Source: an uncultured Candidatus Saccharibacteria bacterium (GTDB lineage: Bacteria; Patescibacteriota; Minisyncoccia; Phycocordibacterales; CSBR16-119). Taken from it: a stretch of DNA of 64,000 bases. The translations under genes were made by a program, and so were the position numbers. This document shows positions 55,282 to 64,000 of this stretch, piece by piece. The DNA is taken from positions 21,560-85,559 of the forward strand of contig CAZLAD010000002.1 of NCBI GenBank assembly GCA_964557535.1. Reading direction: 5' to 3'. Position 1 is the first letter of the stretch, and each line of letters starts with the position of its first letter. A model generated the notes under the pieces. That model saw only the letters and a list, made by a program, of their open reading frames with translations. It did no database searches and was not told the DNA's origin.

Positions 55282-55812
55282 TTACTCGTTATTTTCTTCT
55301 CTTGCTAATTTCAAGATATTTTGCAAAAAATCATTTTTGCCGGCACGATAAGCCGGATAATCTTCTGGGAAATCTTCATTGAGTTTTATTTTCAAATCTT
55401 CATATTCTTTCAACGCCTCTGGATGATCTAGAAAATATTTTTTCGTAATCAAAAATTTCTCGGCCTCCCGATGTCCTTCTGGCACAACATGAATATTTTC
55501 AATTTTTCTTTCACCTTCTAATTTATAGACAAATACAGTATCAGGCGCAATGTAATTATCTTCCCATAAATACCCAAACTCTGTCATTTTTTGCTTTTCG
55601 AACGCAATATCATCAATATCTTTGACCACAACCAAAACATCAAGGAGTGGCTTCGCTCTGATAGCAAATGAATTACTACCAATATGTTCTATCCGCAAGA
55701 CCTTATCACCAAAGACCGACTTTAATATTTCTCTGACACTATCAAATTTCTTGACCCAGGAATCGTTTGGCGCCTCCAAAGAATATGGTCGTTTTTGCAT
55801 CTTATCGAGCAT
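55282..55812 (-). CDS. GrpB-family protein (UPF0157, nucleotidyltransferase fold)
   Basis: EHIGSNSFAIRAKPLLDVLVVV matches the GrpB HIGSTSVPGLxAKPIIDI motif. Confidence 0.65.
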   Translation of the reverse strand: MLDKMQKRPYSLEAPNDSWVKKFDSVREILKSVFGDKVLRIEHIGSNSFAIRAKPLLDVLVVVKDIDDIAFEKQKMTEFGYLWEDNYIAPDTVFVYKLEGERKIENIHVVPEGHREAEKFLITKKYFLDHPEALKEYEDLKIKLNEDFPEDYPAYRAGKNDFLQNILKLAREENNE

Positions 55813-55813
55813 A

Positions 55814-57478
55814 CTATTTCTTCTTTATACACGCTTTTACAAACGCTGAGAAAAGCGGATGTGGTGAAAGTGGTCGCGCTAGGAATTCCGGATGAAACTG
55901 TGTGCCCAGCATAAACGGATGCGCGGATTTTGGCAGTTCAGCAATTTCCATAAGGACGCCATTTGGAGACTTGCCGGAGAAAACGAGCCCGGCCTTTTCG
56001 ATTTTCTCCACATACGCCGGATTGACTTCATAGCGATGTCGGTGACGCTCATCGATTTTCGTTTTGCCGTAGGCCTCGTAAGCAATTGTGTTTTTCGAGA
56101 CGACACACGGATATGTGCCGAGACGCATTGACCCGCCGAAATTTTTAATTTCCAACTTCTTCTTCTGATCCGGCATAATGTCGATGACCGGATTTTCCGT
56201 TTTTGGATTGATCTCGACAGTGTTCGCGTCTTTGAGGCCCAAAACATTGCGTGCGTATTCGACAACCATAAGTTGCATGCCGTAACAAAGCCCGAAATAT
56301 GGGATTTTGTTTTTGCGAGCATGTTCGATAACTTTTATCTTGCCCTCGACGCCCGTTTCTCCAAACCCACCCGGCACAAGTATGCCGTCAAAATTTTTGA
56401 GCTTTTCGAGAGTTTTACCGCCTTTTTCAAAAGACTTCGCGTCAAGCCACGAAAGCTCGGTTTTGACACCGTTATACGCACCAGAAATTTTGAGTGCCTC
56501 TATGACTGAAATATACGCGTCAGAGAGAACGAAGTCGCCCGTTTCGAAGTACTTCCCAACAACGGCAATTTTCACTGCACTTTTGACATTATCCATTTTC
56601 GATACAAATGCTCGCCACTCTTTCAAATCTTTTTTCTTTGGCTTGATATCAAAATATTTGAGTATCCGCGCAGACAAACCATCGTTTTCAAAATTAATTG
56701 GGACGTCATAAATATTTTTGACATTCGGCGCTGAGATAACATCATCGGCCGAATAAAGTCCTGACATGTTGGCAATTTTCTCCTTGCGCTTCTTGTCGAC
56801 TGGTTGGTCGGCACGAGCAATAATGATATTTGGGTGGACTCCGTAACCATTCATCTGAGACACAGCGTTTTGGGTTGGTTTGGTTTTCATCTCCCCAATC
56901 GAAGACGGCATCGGCAGGTATGAGACCATCACAAACATCACATTTCCCGGATTTTGGAGTTTGAGCTGGCGTGCGGCTTCTAGAAAAATAGCATTTTGGT
57001 ATTCGCCAATTGTCCCGCCAATTTCTACTATGACAAATTCACTTTTATTTACTTCGATACATTCATCAATACGACGCAGAATTTCTTCGGTGATGTGATA
57101 TGTCGGTTCGACGCATTTACCCCGATAACCGAGCGCGCGTTCTTTGTCGATGACGTATTTGAAGACCATGCCGTTCGTCATATAGTTCTGCTTCGGCAAA
57201 CTCTTATTTAGAAATCTCTCGTAATTGCCCATGTCTTGATCGGTTTCAAGTCCCGAGTCGAGCACGAAGACTTCGCCGTGCTCGGTCGGATTCATAGTGC
57301 CAGCATCGACATTTAAATAAGGGTCGGCTTTTATCAAGCTGACCCGAAAACCTTTTGACTCCATAATAGTGCCGATAGAAGATGTCGTGACTCCCTTACC
57401 CACCCCAGACATTACGCCCCCGACAACAAAGATATATTTTGTATTTCTTTTATTTTTCATCCCATTAGTGATTATCAA
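55814..57478 (-). CDS. pyrG: CTP synthase
   Basis: YIFVVGGVMSGVGKG, and a C-terminal glutamine amidotransferase with GLCYGMQ. Confidence 0.9.
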   Translation of the reverse strand: MIITNGMKNKRNTKYIFVVGGVMSGVGKGVTTSSIGTIMESKGFRVSLIKADPYLNVDAGTMNPTEHGEVFVLDSGLETDQDMGNYERFLNKSLPKQNYMTNGMVFKYVIDKERALGYRGKCVEPTYHITEEILRRIDECIEVNKSEFVIVEIGGTIGEYQNAIFLEAARQLKLQNPGNVMFVMVSYLPMPSSIGEMKTKPTQNAVSQMNGYGVHPNIIIARADQPVDKKRKEKIANMSGLYSADDVISAPNVKNIYDVPINFENDGLSARILKYFDIKPKKKDLKEWRAFVSKMDNVKSAVKIAVVGKYFETGDFVLSDAYISVIEALKISGAYNGVKTELSWLDAKSFEKGGKTLEKLKNFDGILVPGGFGETGVEGKIKVIEHARKNKIPYFGLCYGMQLMVVEYARNVLGLKDANTVEINPKTENPVIDIMPDQKKKLEIKNFGGSMRLGTYPCVVSKNTIAYEAYGKTKIDERHRHRYEVNPAYVEKIEKAGLVFSGKSPNGVLMEIAELPKSAHPFMLGTQFHPEFLARPLSPHPLFSAFVKACIKKK

Positions 57479-57561
57479 TTGTGTTTTTTAACTAATTCAA
57501 GATTAATTTAATTTTTGAATCTTTTTGACATTTTATAAGTAATAATTTACGAAACAGGTTT

Positions 57562-58485
57562 TTATTTATTTAAATACGCACGGACAGCAGAAAAACTTGA
57601 GATGGCGCCCAAAATCATACCGAAGACCGCAGTGATAATAAACAACTGGAAGAAATTCGAAACATAATACGTATGGAGATTTAGTCCCAAAAATTCTGTC
57701 ATATTCGCGCCTACCCAAAGAGTAATCGGGTAGAAAATTATCATTGTAATAATCGAAGAAATAATGCCATAAAGCATTCCTTCGACCAAAAACGGTCCGC
57801 GAATATAGTGATTTTCGGCCCCAACAACTCGCATGACTGATATCTCATCACGAGAAATATAGATAACCAAACGGATAGTGTTGAAAGTAATGATGAGCGA
57901 AATAACCATTAGAACGATGGTGACAGCAATCCCTAGGCGTCGCGCACCTTCGGTAATAGAAATTAGGCGATCAATAACAAGTTTATTTTGAGAATAGTTA
58001 ACTTTATCAATTATGACCTTGTTGCCAGACCCAAGAGCGCCCTTGTTATCGAGAAATGTCGCAATGGCTTCGTAATCAGCCGTGTCGATGGCTTTTATAT
58101 TTAGAGTCGCTCCAAGAGGATTGCCGTCGAGTTCTTCGAGAGCCTGCAGAGTCAGAAAATCATTGGCGTGCCTTTCTTTGAAATTTTCCAAGGCTTGTTC
58201 AGCAGAAATATACTTTACCGAAGCAACTGTTGGCAATTCTTCGATTGATTTTTTGATTATTAAAATATCGGATTCTTCTGCTCCGACAGTCATATAGACA
58301 GTGACGTCAACTTTATCTTTGATTGAAGCGAGAGAAAAATTCAAAATTGCTTGAGAAAAAATTATCAGCGTCACGACCGACAAGGTAATAGTCATGACGA
58401 GAACGGAAGAAAGCGAAACAAAACTGCTTCTCTTGAAGTTAATGAATCCGGATTTTATGATGCGTCGTAGATCTAATATTTTCAT
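57562..58485 (-). CDS. ftsX: Cell-division ABC transporter permease FtsX-like
   Basis: 4 TM with a large periplasmic loop. Immediately downstream of ftsE. Confidence 0.75.
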   Translation of the reverse strand: MKILDLRRIIKSGFINFKRSSFVSLSSVLVMTITLSVVTLIIFSQAILNFSLASIKDKVDVTVYMTVGAEESDILIIKKSIEELPTVASVKYISAEQALENFKERHANDFLTLQALEELDGNPLGATLNIKAIDTADYEAIATFLDNKGALGSGNKVIIDKVNYSQNKLVIDRLISITEGARRLGIAVTIVLMVISLIITFNTIRLVIYISRDEISVMRVVGAENHYIRGPFLVEGMLYGIISSIITMIIFYPITLWVGANMTEFLGLNLHTYYVSNFFQLFIITAVFGMILGAISSFSAVRAYLNK

Positions 58486-58554
58486 CCCGTTAGAAATTTA
58501 ATCTTTTAAAACTTTTTTCATAATATTTCCCCGTATTTCTAACGGGACGTGTAA

Positions 58555-59238
58555 CTAAACAATATATTTACCATGTGCTTCGTCACGCACAATTCTACCG
58601 TCTTCGAGCGTGACAACACGTTTTTTAATCGAATCAATAACACCCTTGTTGTGTGTGGTTAAAATTACTGTCGTACCCAAATCATTTATCTTTTTCAAAA
58701 TCTGAATAACTTCGAAAGTGTTAACTGGATCCAAATTCCCTGTCGGCTCATCGGCAATCACGACATCGGGGTTGTTGATAATAGCGCGGGCAATCGATAA
58801 ACGCTGTTTTTCTCCGCCAGAAAGCTGTCTAGGAAAATGATTTGCTTTGTCTGACATATCAACAAGTTCTAAAACGTGCGGGACATCTTCGGCAATTTCT
58901 TCGTCCGTCTTGCCTGCCATTTCCATAGCAAAGGCAATGTTTTCGTATGTTGTTTTGTTTGGCAACAAACGGAAATCTTGGAAAACCGTACCAATACCAC
59001 GACGATACTTGGTCAATTTCTTGCGTCGAAGTTTATGAATGTCGTGGCCATGAAAAGTAACTCGACCTTCGGTTGGAGATTCTTCACACAAAAGTAGTTT
59101 GGTAAAAGTTGTTTTGCCCGCGCCAGAATGACCAACGATCGATACGAATTCGCCCTTTTTTATTTCCAAATCCATATCCACAATAGAAGGATTCTTCGCA
59201 CCTTTATAAAATTTTGTAACACCCTCAAAAAGAATCAT
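58555..59238 (-). CDS. ftsE: Cell-division ABC transporter ATP-binding protein FtsE
   Basis: Walker A GHSGAGKTT, LSGGEKQR, Walker B VVIADEPTGNLD. Confidence 0.8.
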   Translation of the reverse strand: MILFEGVTKFYKGAKNPSIVDMDLEIKKGEFVSIVGHSGAGKTTFTKLLLCEESPTEGRVTFHGHDIHKLRRKKLTKYRRGIGTVFQDFRLLPNKTTYENIAFAMEMAGKTDEEIAEDVPHVLELVDMSDKANHFPRQLSGGEKQRLSIARAIINNPDVVIADEPTGNLDPVNTFEVIQILKKINDLGTTVILTTHNKGVIDSIKKRVVTLEDGRIVRDEAHGKYIV

Positions 59239-59283
59239 GCCATAAAGTATAGCAAAAAATTGGCTCAGTCCGAAAAACTTTTT

Positions 59284-60162
59284 CTACAATTCGCGCTCGG
59301 CTTCGAGAAATTCGTCAATTTCGCCATTTTTAAAAACCTTGTCAATATTTCTCTCTTCGATTTCGGTTCTGTGATCTTTGATCATTTGATAAGGATGTAG
59401 GACATATGAACGAATCTGACTACCCCATTCGTTGGCTGTCGTTTTAGAAATCGATAACTCTTCGATGCTATCTTTCTTTTGCTCTTCGAGAATTCGAACG
59501 AGCTTACCTCGAAGCATTTCCATGGCTTTGGCGCGATTGGCCTCCTGACTACGTTCGGAGCTTTCATGAACAGCTATTCCCGTCGGTTTGTGAGTTATGC
59601 GAACAGCGGTGTCACGCTTGTTGACGTTTTGTCCACCGGCACCACCCGAACGTGTAAATGTCACCTCCAAATCATCGGGGGAAATCTGAATCTCATCGCT
59701 TTTATCCATAACCGGAATCACTTCAACCATCGAAAAAGATGTCTGTCGTTTTGAATTTGCATTAAATGGTGAAATGCGGACCAAACGATGCACACCAGAC
59801 TCGTTTTTTAGTTTGCCATAAACTCCCTTTCCCAAGATTTCAAAAACAATCGAACGATACCCTCCCGAGTCGGCACGCGTCTCGTCGTTGATTTTAAAAC
59901 CAAACGATTCTTTGTTCGCGTACTTCATATACATCTCAAAAAGCATGCGTGTAAAATCTTCGGCATCATCACCACCAGCACCGGAAAAAATGGTGATAAG
60001 GGCCGACTTCTTGTCGTACTTACCCAAGCCATCGAGGGAATCTTTTAATTCGCCGAGTTCTTTTATCATAGCTTGCGCCTTGTTTTTGTCAGACCAAAAA
60101 TCCGCCGAATTCATGGCGTTTTCGATTTCATTTATCCTTTGATTGATTACGTCTTTGTTCAT
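59284..60162 (-). CDS. prfB: Peptide chain release factor 2 (the track ORF extends spuriously to 60240)
   Basis: SPF tripeptide ([15 protein letters not shown]) and GGQ motif ([11 protein letters not shown]). Continuous frame, with no frameshift site. Confidence 0.8.
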   Translation of the reverse strand: MNKDVINQRINEIENAMNSADFWSDKNKAQAMIKELGELKDSLDGLGKYDKKSALITIFSGAGGDDAEDFTRMLFEMYMKYANKESFGFKINDETRADSGGYRSIVFEILGKGVYGKLKNESGVHRLVRISPFNANSKRQTSFSMVEVIPVMDKSDEIQISPDDLEVTFTRSGGAGGQNVNKRDTAVRITHKPTGIAVHESSERSQEANRAKAMEMLRGKLVRILEEQKKDSIEELSISKTTANEWGSQIRSYVLHPYQMIKDHRTEIEERNIDKVFKNGEIDEFLEAEREL

Positions 60163-60276
60163 TGTTTTATACTTTAGCGAAAAAAAGATAAAGAAGAAAG
60201 CCCGACACGAATTCACGCATCGAGCTTCCATGAGACTCACAAATGATCAGGTTCGTCCTTGTTGACCAAGATGATC

Positions 60277-60741
60277 TTAATCAAACGACAAGACGATGAG
60301 CTTACGAAGGAGCACCTCTGCTTCTCGGGGCTTTATCCTCTTGGAGTTCGAAAAGATTGCATAACTGTCACCGTCCGGATCATCTTTGATGGCCCCGACT
60401 CCTGCAGTATTCAAGCTGTTGTTTAATTCACAACGCTCATCTTCGGTAAGACCAAAAGCAACGACTCCCTGGCAATCCGGGTTGGTGGCCAAGTCGACGA
60501 TTTGCTCGAGATCTTCCGATACATAATTGCTATGATTTCTAAGAGACGTACCTGGAATTCCCAATTTCTCTTCGATTTCTCCTACGAACTTGGTGGAACT
60601 GCAAGACAGCTCTCCAATTAGTAGAAAAAATTGCTGTTTGTTTCTACTGTAATGTTCTCTTGCTTTGTGTCGAAGCTGGTCTGGACCAAGACCACGCTCT
60701 ACGTACAGATGAGGCGCCTTCCCTTTGAGTGCTTGTAGCAT
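60277..60741 (-). CDS. GC-rich hypothetical protein
   Basis: ORF. Confidence 0.35.
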   Translation of the reverse strand: MLQALKGKAPHLYVERGLGPDQLRHKAREHYSRNKQQFFLLIGELSCSSTKFVGEIEEKLGIPGTSLRNHSNYVSEDLEQIVDLATNPDCQGVVAFGLTEDERCELNNSLNTAGVGAIKDDPDGDSYAIFSNSKRIKPREAEVLLRKLIVLSFD

Positions 60742-60832
60742 GGTGTCTTGTTTTTTCTATAATATAATTATAAAAACCTCAAAAGTCAAGGTGATTTTAA
60801 AATCATCCACATCCTATATTTAAAAACGTTTT

Positions 60833-60909
60833 TGAGCCATCTCCCGGGATTGAACCGGGGGCCTCATCTTTACGAAAGATGCGCTCTACCAACTGAGCTA
60901 AGATGGCTC
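60833..60909 (-). tRNA. tRNA-Thr(CGU)
   Basis: GAGCCAUCUUAGCUCAGUUGGUAGAGCGCAUCUUUCGUAAAGAUGAGG-CCCCGGUUCAAUCCCGGGAGAUGGCUCA. Anticodon loop UUCGUAA. Confidence 0.75.
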
Positions 60910-60939
60910 GCCAATTGTGTGCGACATTTATCCCGTGAG

Positions 60940-61012
60940 AGCCGATGGCGAGACTTGCACTCGCGGCCTCCCCCTTACCATGGGGGTGCTCGACTACCTG
61001 AGCTTCATCGGC
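60940..61012 (-). tRNA. tRNA-Thr(GGU)-like gene with unusual features (T-loop TGCAAGT, A8, U73, acceptor helix extendable to 11 bp by flanking complementarity); possibly a divergent or pseudo tRNA
   Basis: GCCGAUG-AA-GCUC-AGGUAGUC-GAGC-A-CCCCC-AUGGUAA-GGGGG-AGGCC-GCGAG-UGCAAGU-CUCGC-CAUCGGC-U. Confidence 0.5.
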
Positions 61013-61170
61013 TCTCATGAGACAAAGTATTTTATCTTGGCGACAGTCGTCATGATAGCCAAAAGCCCGCTATATTTCAAGCGAGCTTTCTTTGACGAGA
61101 ACAAAAAGGGATTGAAAAGTAGAGGCTTTTATGTTAGTTTTTACCTATTGTCGCGTCAGACGCGACTTAT

Positions 61171-61244
61171 GTCGGGGTAGCTCAGACGGTTAGAGCGTAG
61201 CACTCATAACGCTAAGGTCGAGAGTTCGATTCTCTCCCCCGACA
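61171..61244 (+). tRNA. tRNA-Met(CAU) (elongator-type; could also be tRNA-Ile2)
   Basis: GUCGGGG-UA-GCUC-AGACGGUUA-GAGC-G-UAGCA-CUCAUAA-CGCUA-AGGUC-GAGAG-UUCGAUU-CUCUC-CCCCGAC-A. Confidence 0.75.
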
Positions 61245-61371
61245 CAGCGTGCGGGGAGGAAAGCAAACGACTTTGCTTTCCGTGAGGAATCGAAGGCCGG
61301 AGTCATGTCTCAAGCAATTAAAGAGACAGGCGAGGCGGGGTCGCGACCTTTTGCCAGGCAAAAGAGTTGTG

Positions 61372-61392
61372 ACCGATTCTCTCCCCCGACAC
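61372..61392 (+). repeat. Direct repeat of the last 20 nt of tRNA-Met plus 2 flanking nt (cgattctctcccccgacaca), 128 nt downstream of the tRNA
   Basis: 61227-61246 and 61373-61392 are identical. Confidence 0.7.
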
Positions 61393-61444
61393 AAAAACAT
61401 TGGCGATTTTAGGCTTTTTGTGATAGACTTTCGCCATTGTTATT

Positions 61445-61518
61445 GCGGGCGTAGCTCAACTGGTTAGAGCACTCCCCTGTCACGGGAGAGGTTGCGGGTT
61501 CGAGTCCCGTCGCTCGCG
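61445..61518 (+). tRNA. tRNA-Asp(GUC)
   Basis: GCGGGCG-UA-GCUC-AACUGGUUA-GAGC-A-CUCCC-CUGUCAC-GGGAG-AGGUU-GCGGG-UUCGAGU-CCCGU-CGCUCGC-G. Confidence 0.8.
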
Positions 61519-61520
61519 CA

Positions 61521-61560
61521 GCAAAGTGAAAAGCCGCCTTTTGGCGGCTTTTCACTTTTT
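61521..61560 (+). terminator. Strong rho-independent terminator (aagtgaaaagccgcc tttt ggcggcttttcactt + T-run)
   Basis: 15-bp stem. Confidence 0.7.
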
Positions 61561-61570
61561 CTTAAGTTTG

Positions 61571-61641
61571 TTGCGGGGGGCCGACTCGAACGGCCGTCCT
61601 CAGGTTATGAGCCTGATGAGTTACCACTACTCCACCCCGCT
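61571..61641 (-). tRNA. Initiator-type tRNA-Met(CAU) (1:72 mismatch, A73, CUCAUAA loop; ends approximate)
   Basis: AGCGGGG-UGGAGUAGUGGUAACUCAUCAGG-CUCAUAA-CCUGAGGACGGCCGUUCGAGUCGGCC-CCCCGCA-A. Compared with E. coli tRNA-fMet CGCGGGG...CCCCGCA-A. Confidence 0.65.
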
Positions 61642-61690
61642 ATAATAAGTAGGTTGATTATATATATTTTGAAGATTTTGACAATAGTAA

Positions 61691-62254
61691 CTAAATAATC
61701 TCAAACTCTTTAAAAACACTCTCGTAGAGTTCGATAGTTTTTTTCGCCTCTCGATAAGATAAATTGTAAGACAAACCTTCGTGCGCTATTCGATTTCTAA
61801 CTTTATGAGCTTCCCATGCATTGTCTAAATTTTTAAAATGATTAGGATTTGCATTCTTTAGCCTTTCTCCCAAATCTGCACCAACAAGCCCCAACTTCAC
61901 TGTCAATTGATCGAGCATGTTATCGGCCTCGATTATCGCGATTCGCCAATCAGTAGAATTGTCTGATTTTATGTGTTTAACAATCGCTTGCCATCTTTCA
62001 TTGTTTGTACCATCTTTGTGGGCAGTTTCTGCATGACGGATAAGTTCAAAATACTTATCATCATTTTTCTTTTTCCTTTCTCTCAGTCGCATCACAGAAT
62101 ATATAGTCAGGCCCAAAAAAAATATTCCGACAAGCGCCAAAAGAAACATTATAAAATTTTTAAATCCCTGACTTGGGCCACTTAGGCTGACGTCTGTACT
62201 AAACAGATTATAAATCTTTAGGAAAAACCAATCTAAGAAATTTGGACCATACAT
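61691..62254 (-). CDS. N-terminally membrane-anchored hypothetical protein
   Basis: TM FIMFLLALVGIFFLGLTIYSV, then a helical soluble domain. Confidence 0.45.
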   Translation of the reverse strand: MYGPNFLDWFFLKIYNLFSTDVSLSGPSQGFKNFIMFLLALVGIFFLGLTIYSVMRLRERKKKNDDKYFELIRHAETAHKDGTNNERWQAIVKHIKSDNSTDWRIAIIEADNMLDQLTVKLGLVGADLGERLKNANPNHFKNLDNAWEAHKVRNRIAHEGLSYNLSYREAKKTIELYESVFKEFEII

Positions 62255-62257
62255 AAA

Positions 62258-63670
62258 TTATTTTTTATAACTCTCATAATTTTTTCCGACCTCAAACAAC
62301 AATTTTTCACCAAAATGTGGCGCCATGAGTTGAATATCAAGCGGTAGCCCTTTTTGAGAAACGCCGGCAGGGATAGAGATGGCGGGCACACCAGTGATGT
62401 TGGCCGGTACGGTGAAAATGTCAGATAGATACATGGCAAGCGGGTCTTTCTTGGCACCAGGTGCGAATGCTGGGCTTGGCGTTGTTGGCGTCGCAATCAA
62501 ATCAACTTCTTCAAAAACTTTGTTCATGGCAGACGTAATAGCATGGCGAAGTTTGATGGCTTTGTTGTAATACGCATCATAATAGCCGTGTGAGAGAACA
62601 TACGTGCCGAGCAAAATGCGACGCTTGGCCTCTTTGCCGAAGCCGGCTTCTTTGGTTTTCTTGTACGAATCAGCCACATCTTTGCCTTCGACCGAAAGTC
62701 CAAAACGAATTCCATCAAAACGCGCGAGGTTCGTCGAAACTTCCGCCGGCATGAGAACATAATACACGGCTAGAGAATACTCCATGAGTGGGACTTCAAT
62801 ATCAACAATTTCATAACCAAGCGCACGAAGCTTCTCGAGACTTTTTTCAAAGTTTTCAAGTGTTTCCGGATCAATTCCCTCGCCCTTTAGAAATCCTCGG
62901 GGCACGCCGATTTTTTTCACTGTAGTTTTTTTACAAATTCTATCTTTTTCTAAAATAGCCGTGCTATCTTTTGGATCTTCTTTGGCGAGTGCACTAAAAA
63001 CAATTTCTGAATCTTCTACTGTCTTAGTAAAAGGTCCGATGATATCAAGTGACGATCCCATAGCCATGAGTCCGCTTCGGGAAATTGTGCCATATGTAGG
63101 TTTCAGTCCAACAACTCCACAAAAACCCGCCGGTTGGCGAATTGATCCACCCGTATCAGAACCAAGGGCAAAGAGCGCCATATCACCAGCGACAGAGGCG
63201 GCTGACCCGCCCGATGAACCTCCGGCAACCGTTTCGAGATTTCTTGGATTTTTGGTAATTCCATACGCACTTGTTTCGGTCGAAGAACCCATGGCAAATT
63301 CGTCCATGTTTGTCCGGCCCAAAATCACAGCGCCTTCAGCTTTCAGAGTTTCAATAACTTTGGCGTCATACGTAGCAATATAATTTTCAAGAATTTTTGA
63401 AGAGGCGCTAGCGTGATGACCCTTGAATAGCAAGTTGTCTTTGATCGCCAGAGGAATGCCGGTCAGATTTTTCATCTCGCCACGAACAATCATTTCATCA
63501 GCAACTTTTGCCTGGGCGAGCGCATCGTCAAAAACTTCCAAAAATGCATTTATGTCTACGTTTTTATTTTTAATTTCTTCTATATATGCATTCGTAAGAT
63601 CGACAGAAGTAAATTCTCCGTTTTTTAGAGCCTCTCGCGCTTTTGCAATTGTTAGATTTTTTAAATCCAT
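62258..63670 (-). CDS. gatA: Glutamyl-tRNA(Gln) amidotransferase subunit A
   Basis: Amidase signature GGSSGGSAASVA and the Ser-cisSer-Lys triad region. Confidence 0.9.
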   Translation of the reverse strand: MDLKNLTIAKAREALKNGEFTSVDLTNAYIEEIKNKNVDINAFLEVFDDALAQAKVADEMIVRGEMKNLTGIPLAIKDNLLFKGHHASASSKILENYIATYDAKVIETLKAEGAVILGRTNMDEFAMGSSTETSAYGITKNPRNLETVAGGSSGGSAASVAGDMALFALGSDTGGSIRQPAGFCGVVGLKPTYGTISRSGLMAMGSSLDIIGPFTKTVEDSEIVFSALAKEDPKDSTAILEKDRICKKTTVKKIGVPRGFLKGEGIDPETLENFEKSLEKLRALGYEIVDIEVPLMEYSLAVYYVLMPAEVSTNLARFDGIRFGLSVEGKDVADSYKKTKEAGFGKEAKRRILLGTYVLSHGYYDAYYNKAIKLRHAITSAMNKVFEEVDLIATPTTPSPAFAPGAKKDPLAMYLSDIFTVPANITGVPAISIPAGVSQKGLPLDIQLMAPHFGEKLLFEVGKNYESYKK

Positions 63671-63674
63671 AAAA

Positions 63675-63950
63675 TTAGAGAATCTTTTTAACTTTCACAA
63701 AGCCATTTTCTGTTCGCGGTGCTGAAGCAAGCAAGTCGTCAGAAAATTCTCCGGTCTGGTGAGTCGCGACATCTGGTCTGGTAACGTTTTGCGTAGGATA
63801 CGAAGGCGAAACATCGCCCACATCAACCGATTCAATTTGATTGATGTAGCCCAAAATCAATTCAAAATCTTTTTTGAATCCTTCGGCTTCTCCCGAACCT
63901 ATTTCTATCTTGGCTAATTCTGCCAATTTCTCTATCGCCTTTTCGTCCAT
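63675..63950 (-). CDS. gatC: Aspartyl/glutamyl-tRNA amidotransferase subunit C
   Basis: 91 aa, MDEKAIEKLAELAKIEI..., located directly upstream of gatA. Confidence 0.75.
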   Translation of the reverse strand: MDEKAIEKLAELAKIEIGSGEAEGFKKDFELILGYINQIESVDVGDVSPSYPTQNVTRPDVATHQTGEFSDDLLASAPRTENGFVKVKKIL

Positions 63951-64000
63951 CCCATTAGAAGATTTTAGTAATAATTTGACCTTTTCCCGTAACTTTTCGA

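Noticed and set aside
59284-60240. Programmed +1 frameshift in prfB
   Set aside because: The RF2 reading frame is continuous from MNKDVINQ (60162) to the stop. The 26-codon N-terminal extension in the track is just upstream sequence read through in frame.
1-64000. CRISPR array
   Set aside because: No series of regularly spaced direct repeats was seen. The only repeats are the two structured-element copies, the tRNA-end duplications and the cassette promoter/leader/terminator modules.

Overview
Low-GC (~38-40%) compact bacterial chromosome segment with small proteins, overlapping genes and a basic N-terminal extension on RNase J, consistent with a CPR/Patescibacteria-like genome. Housekeeping genes: hpf, ddl, lexA, uppP, gdh, truB, rnhB, dnaE, secA, secG, rnj, pyrG, ftsEX, prfB, gatCA. 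Seven tRNA genes, five of them in a cluster at 60.8-61.7 kb. Main non-core content:

- A tRNA-Asn(GUU) split by a ~560-nt group I intron that carries an HNH homing-endonuclease ORF. Immediately downstream is a ~4.3-kb tRNA-linked insertion with a 1298-aa orphan protein and the C-terminal remnant of a large serine recombinase. A decayed copy of the tRNA 3' end marks the far side.
- A ~9.5-kb mobile/defence-like island next to tRNA-Gln at 43.3-52.9 kb. It encodes a ParB-nuclease/DNA-methyltransferase fusion, an HTH protein, a membrane-anchored protein, an 870-aa KAP-family P-loop NTPase and an intact large serine recombinase. The recombinase is a paralog of the remnant at 6.8 kb. The island also carries an overlapping three-gene operon: SAM-dependent methyltransferase, a ThyX-like protein with permuted motif order, and an adenosylhomocysteinase-like protein. 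This operon is the best candidate here for an undescribed nucleotide/DNA-modification or defence system.
- An array of three GC-rich, non-homologous genes at 21.85-23.8 kb. Each has its own near-identical sigma70-type promoter, a conserved leader with a co-varying hairpin, and an identical GC-rich terminator.
- Scattered GC-rich patches, including a secreted protein with a Bacteroidetes-type T9SS C-terminal sorting domain.
- Two families of structured intergenic repeats.

No CRISPR array was seen. All coordinates come from the sequence and ORF track. Functional calls rest on recognisable motifs, not database searches.
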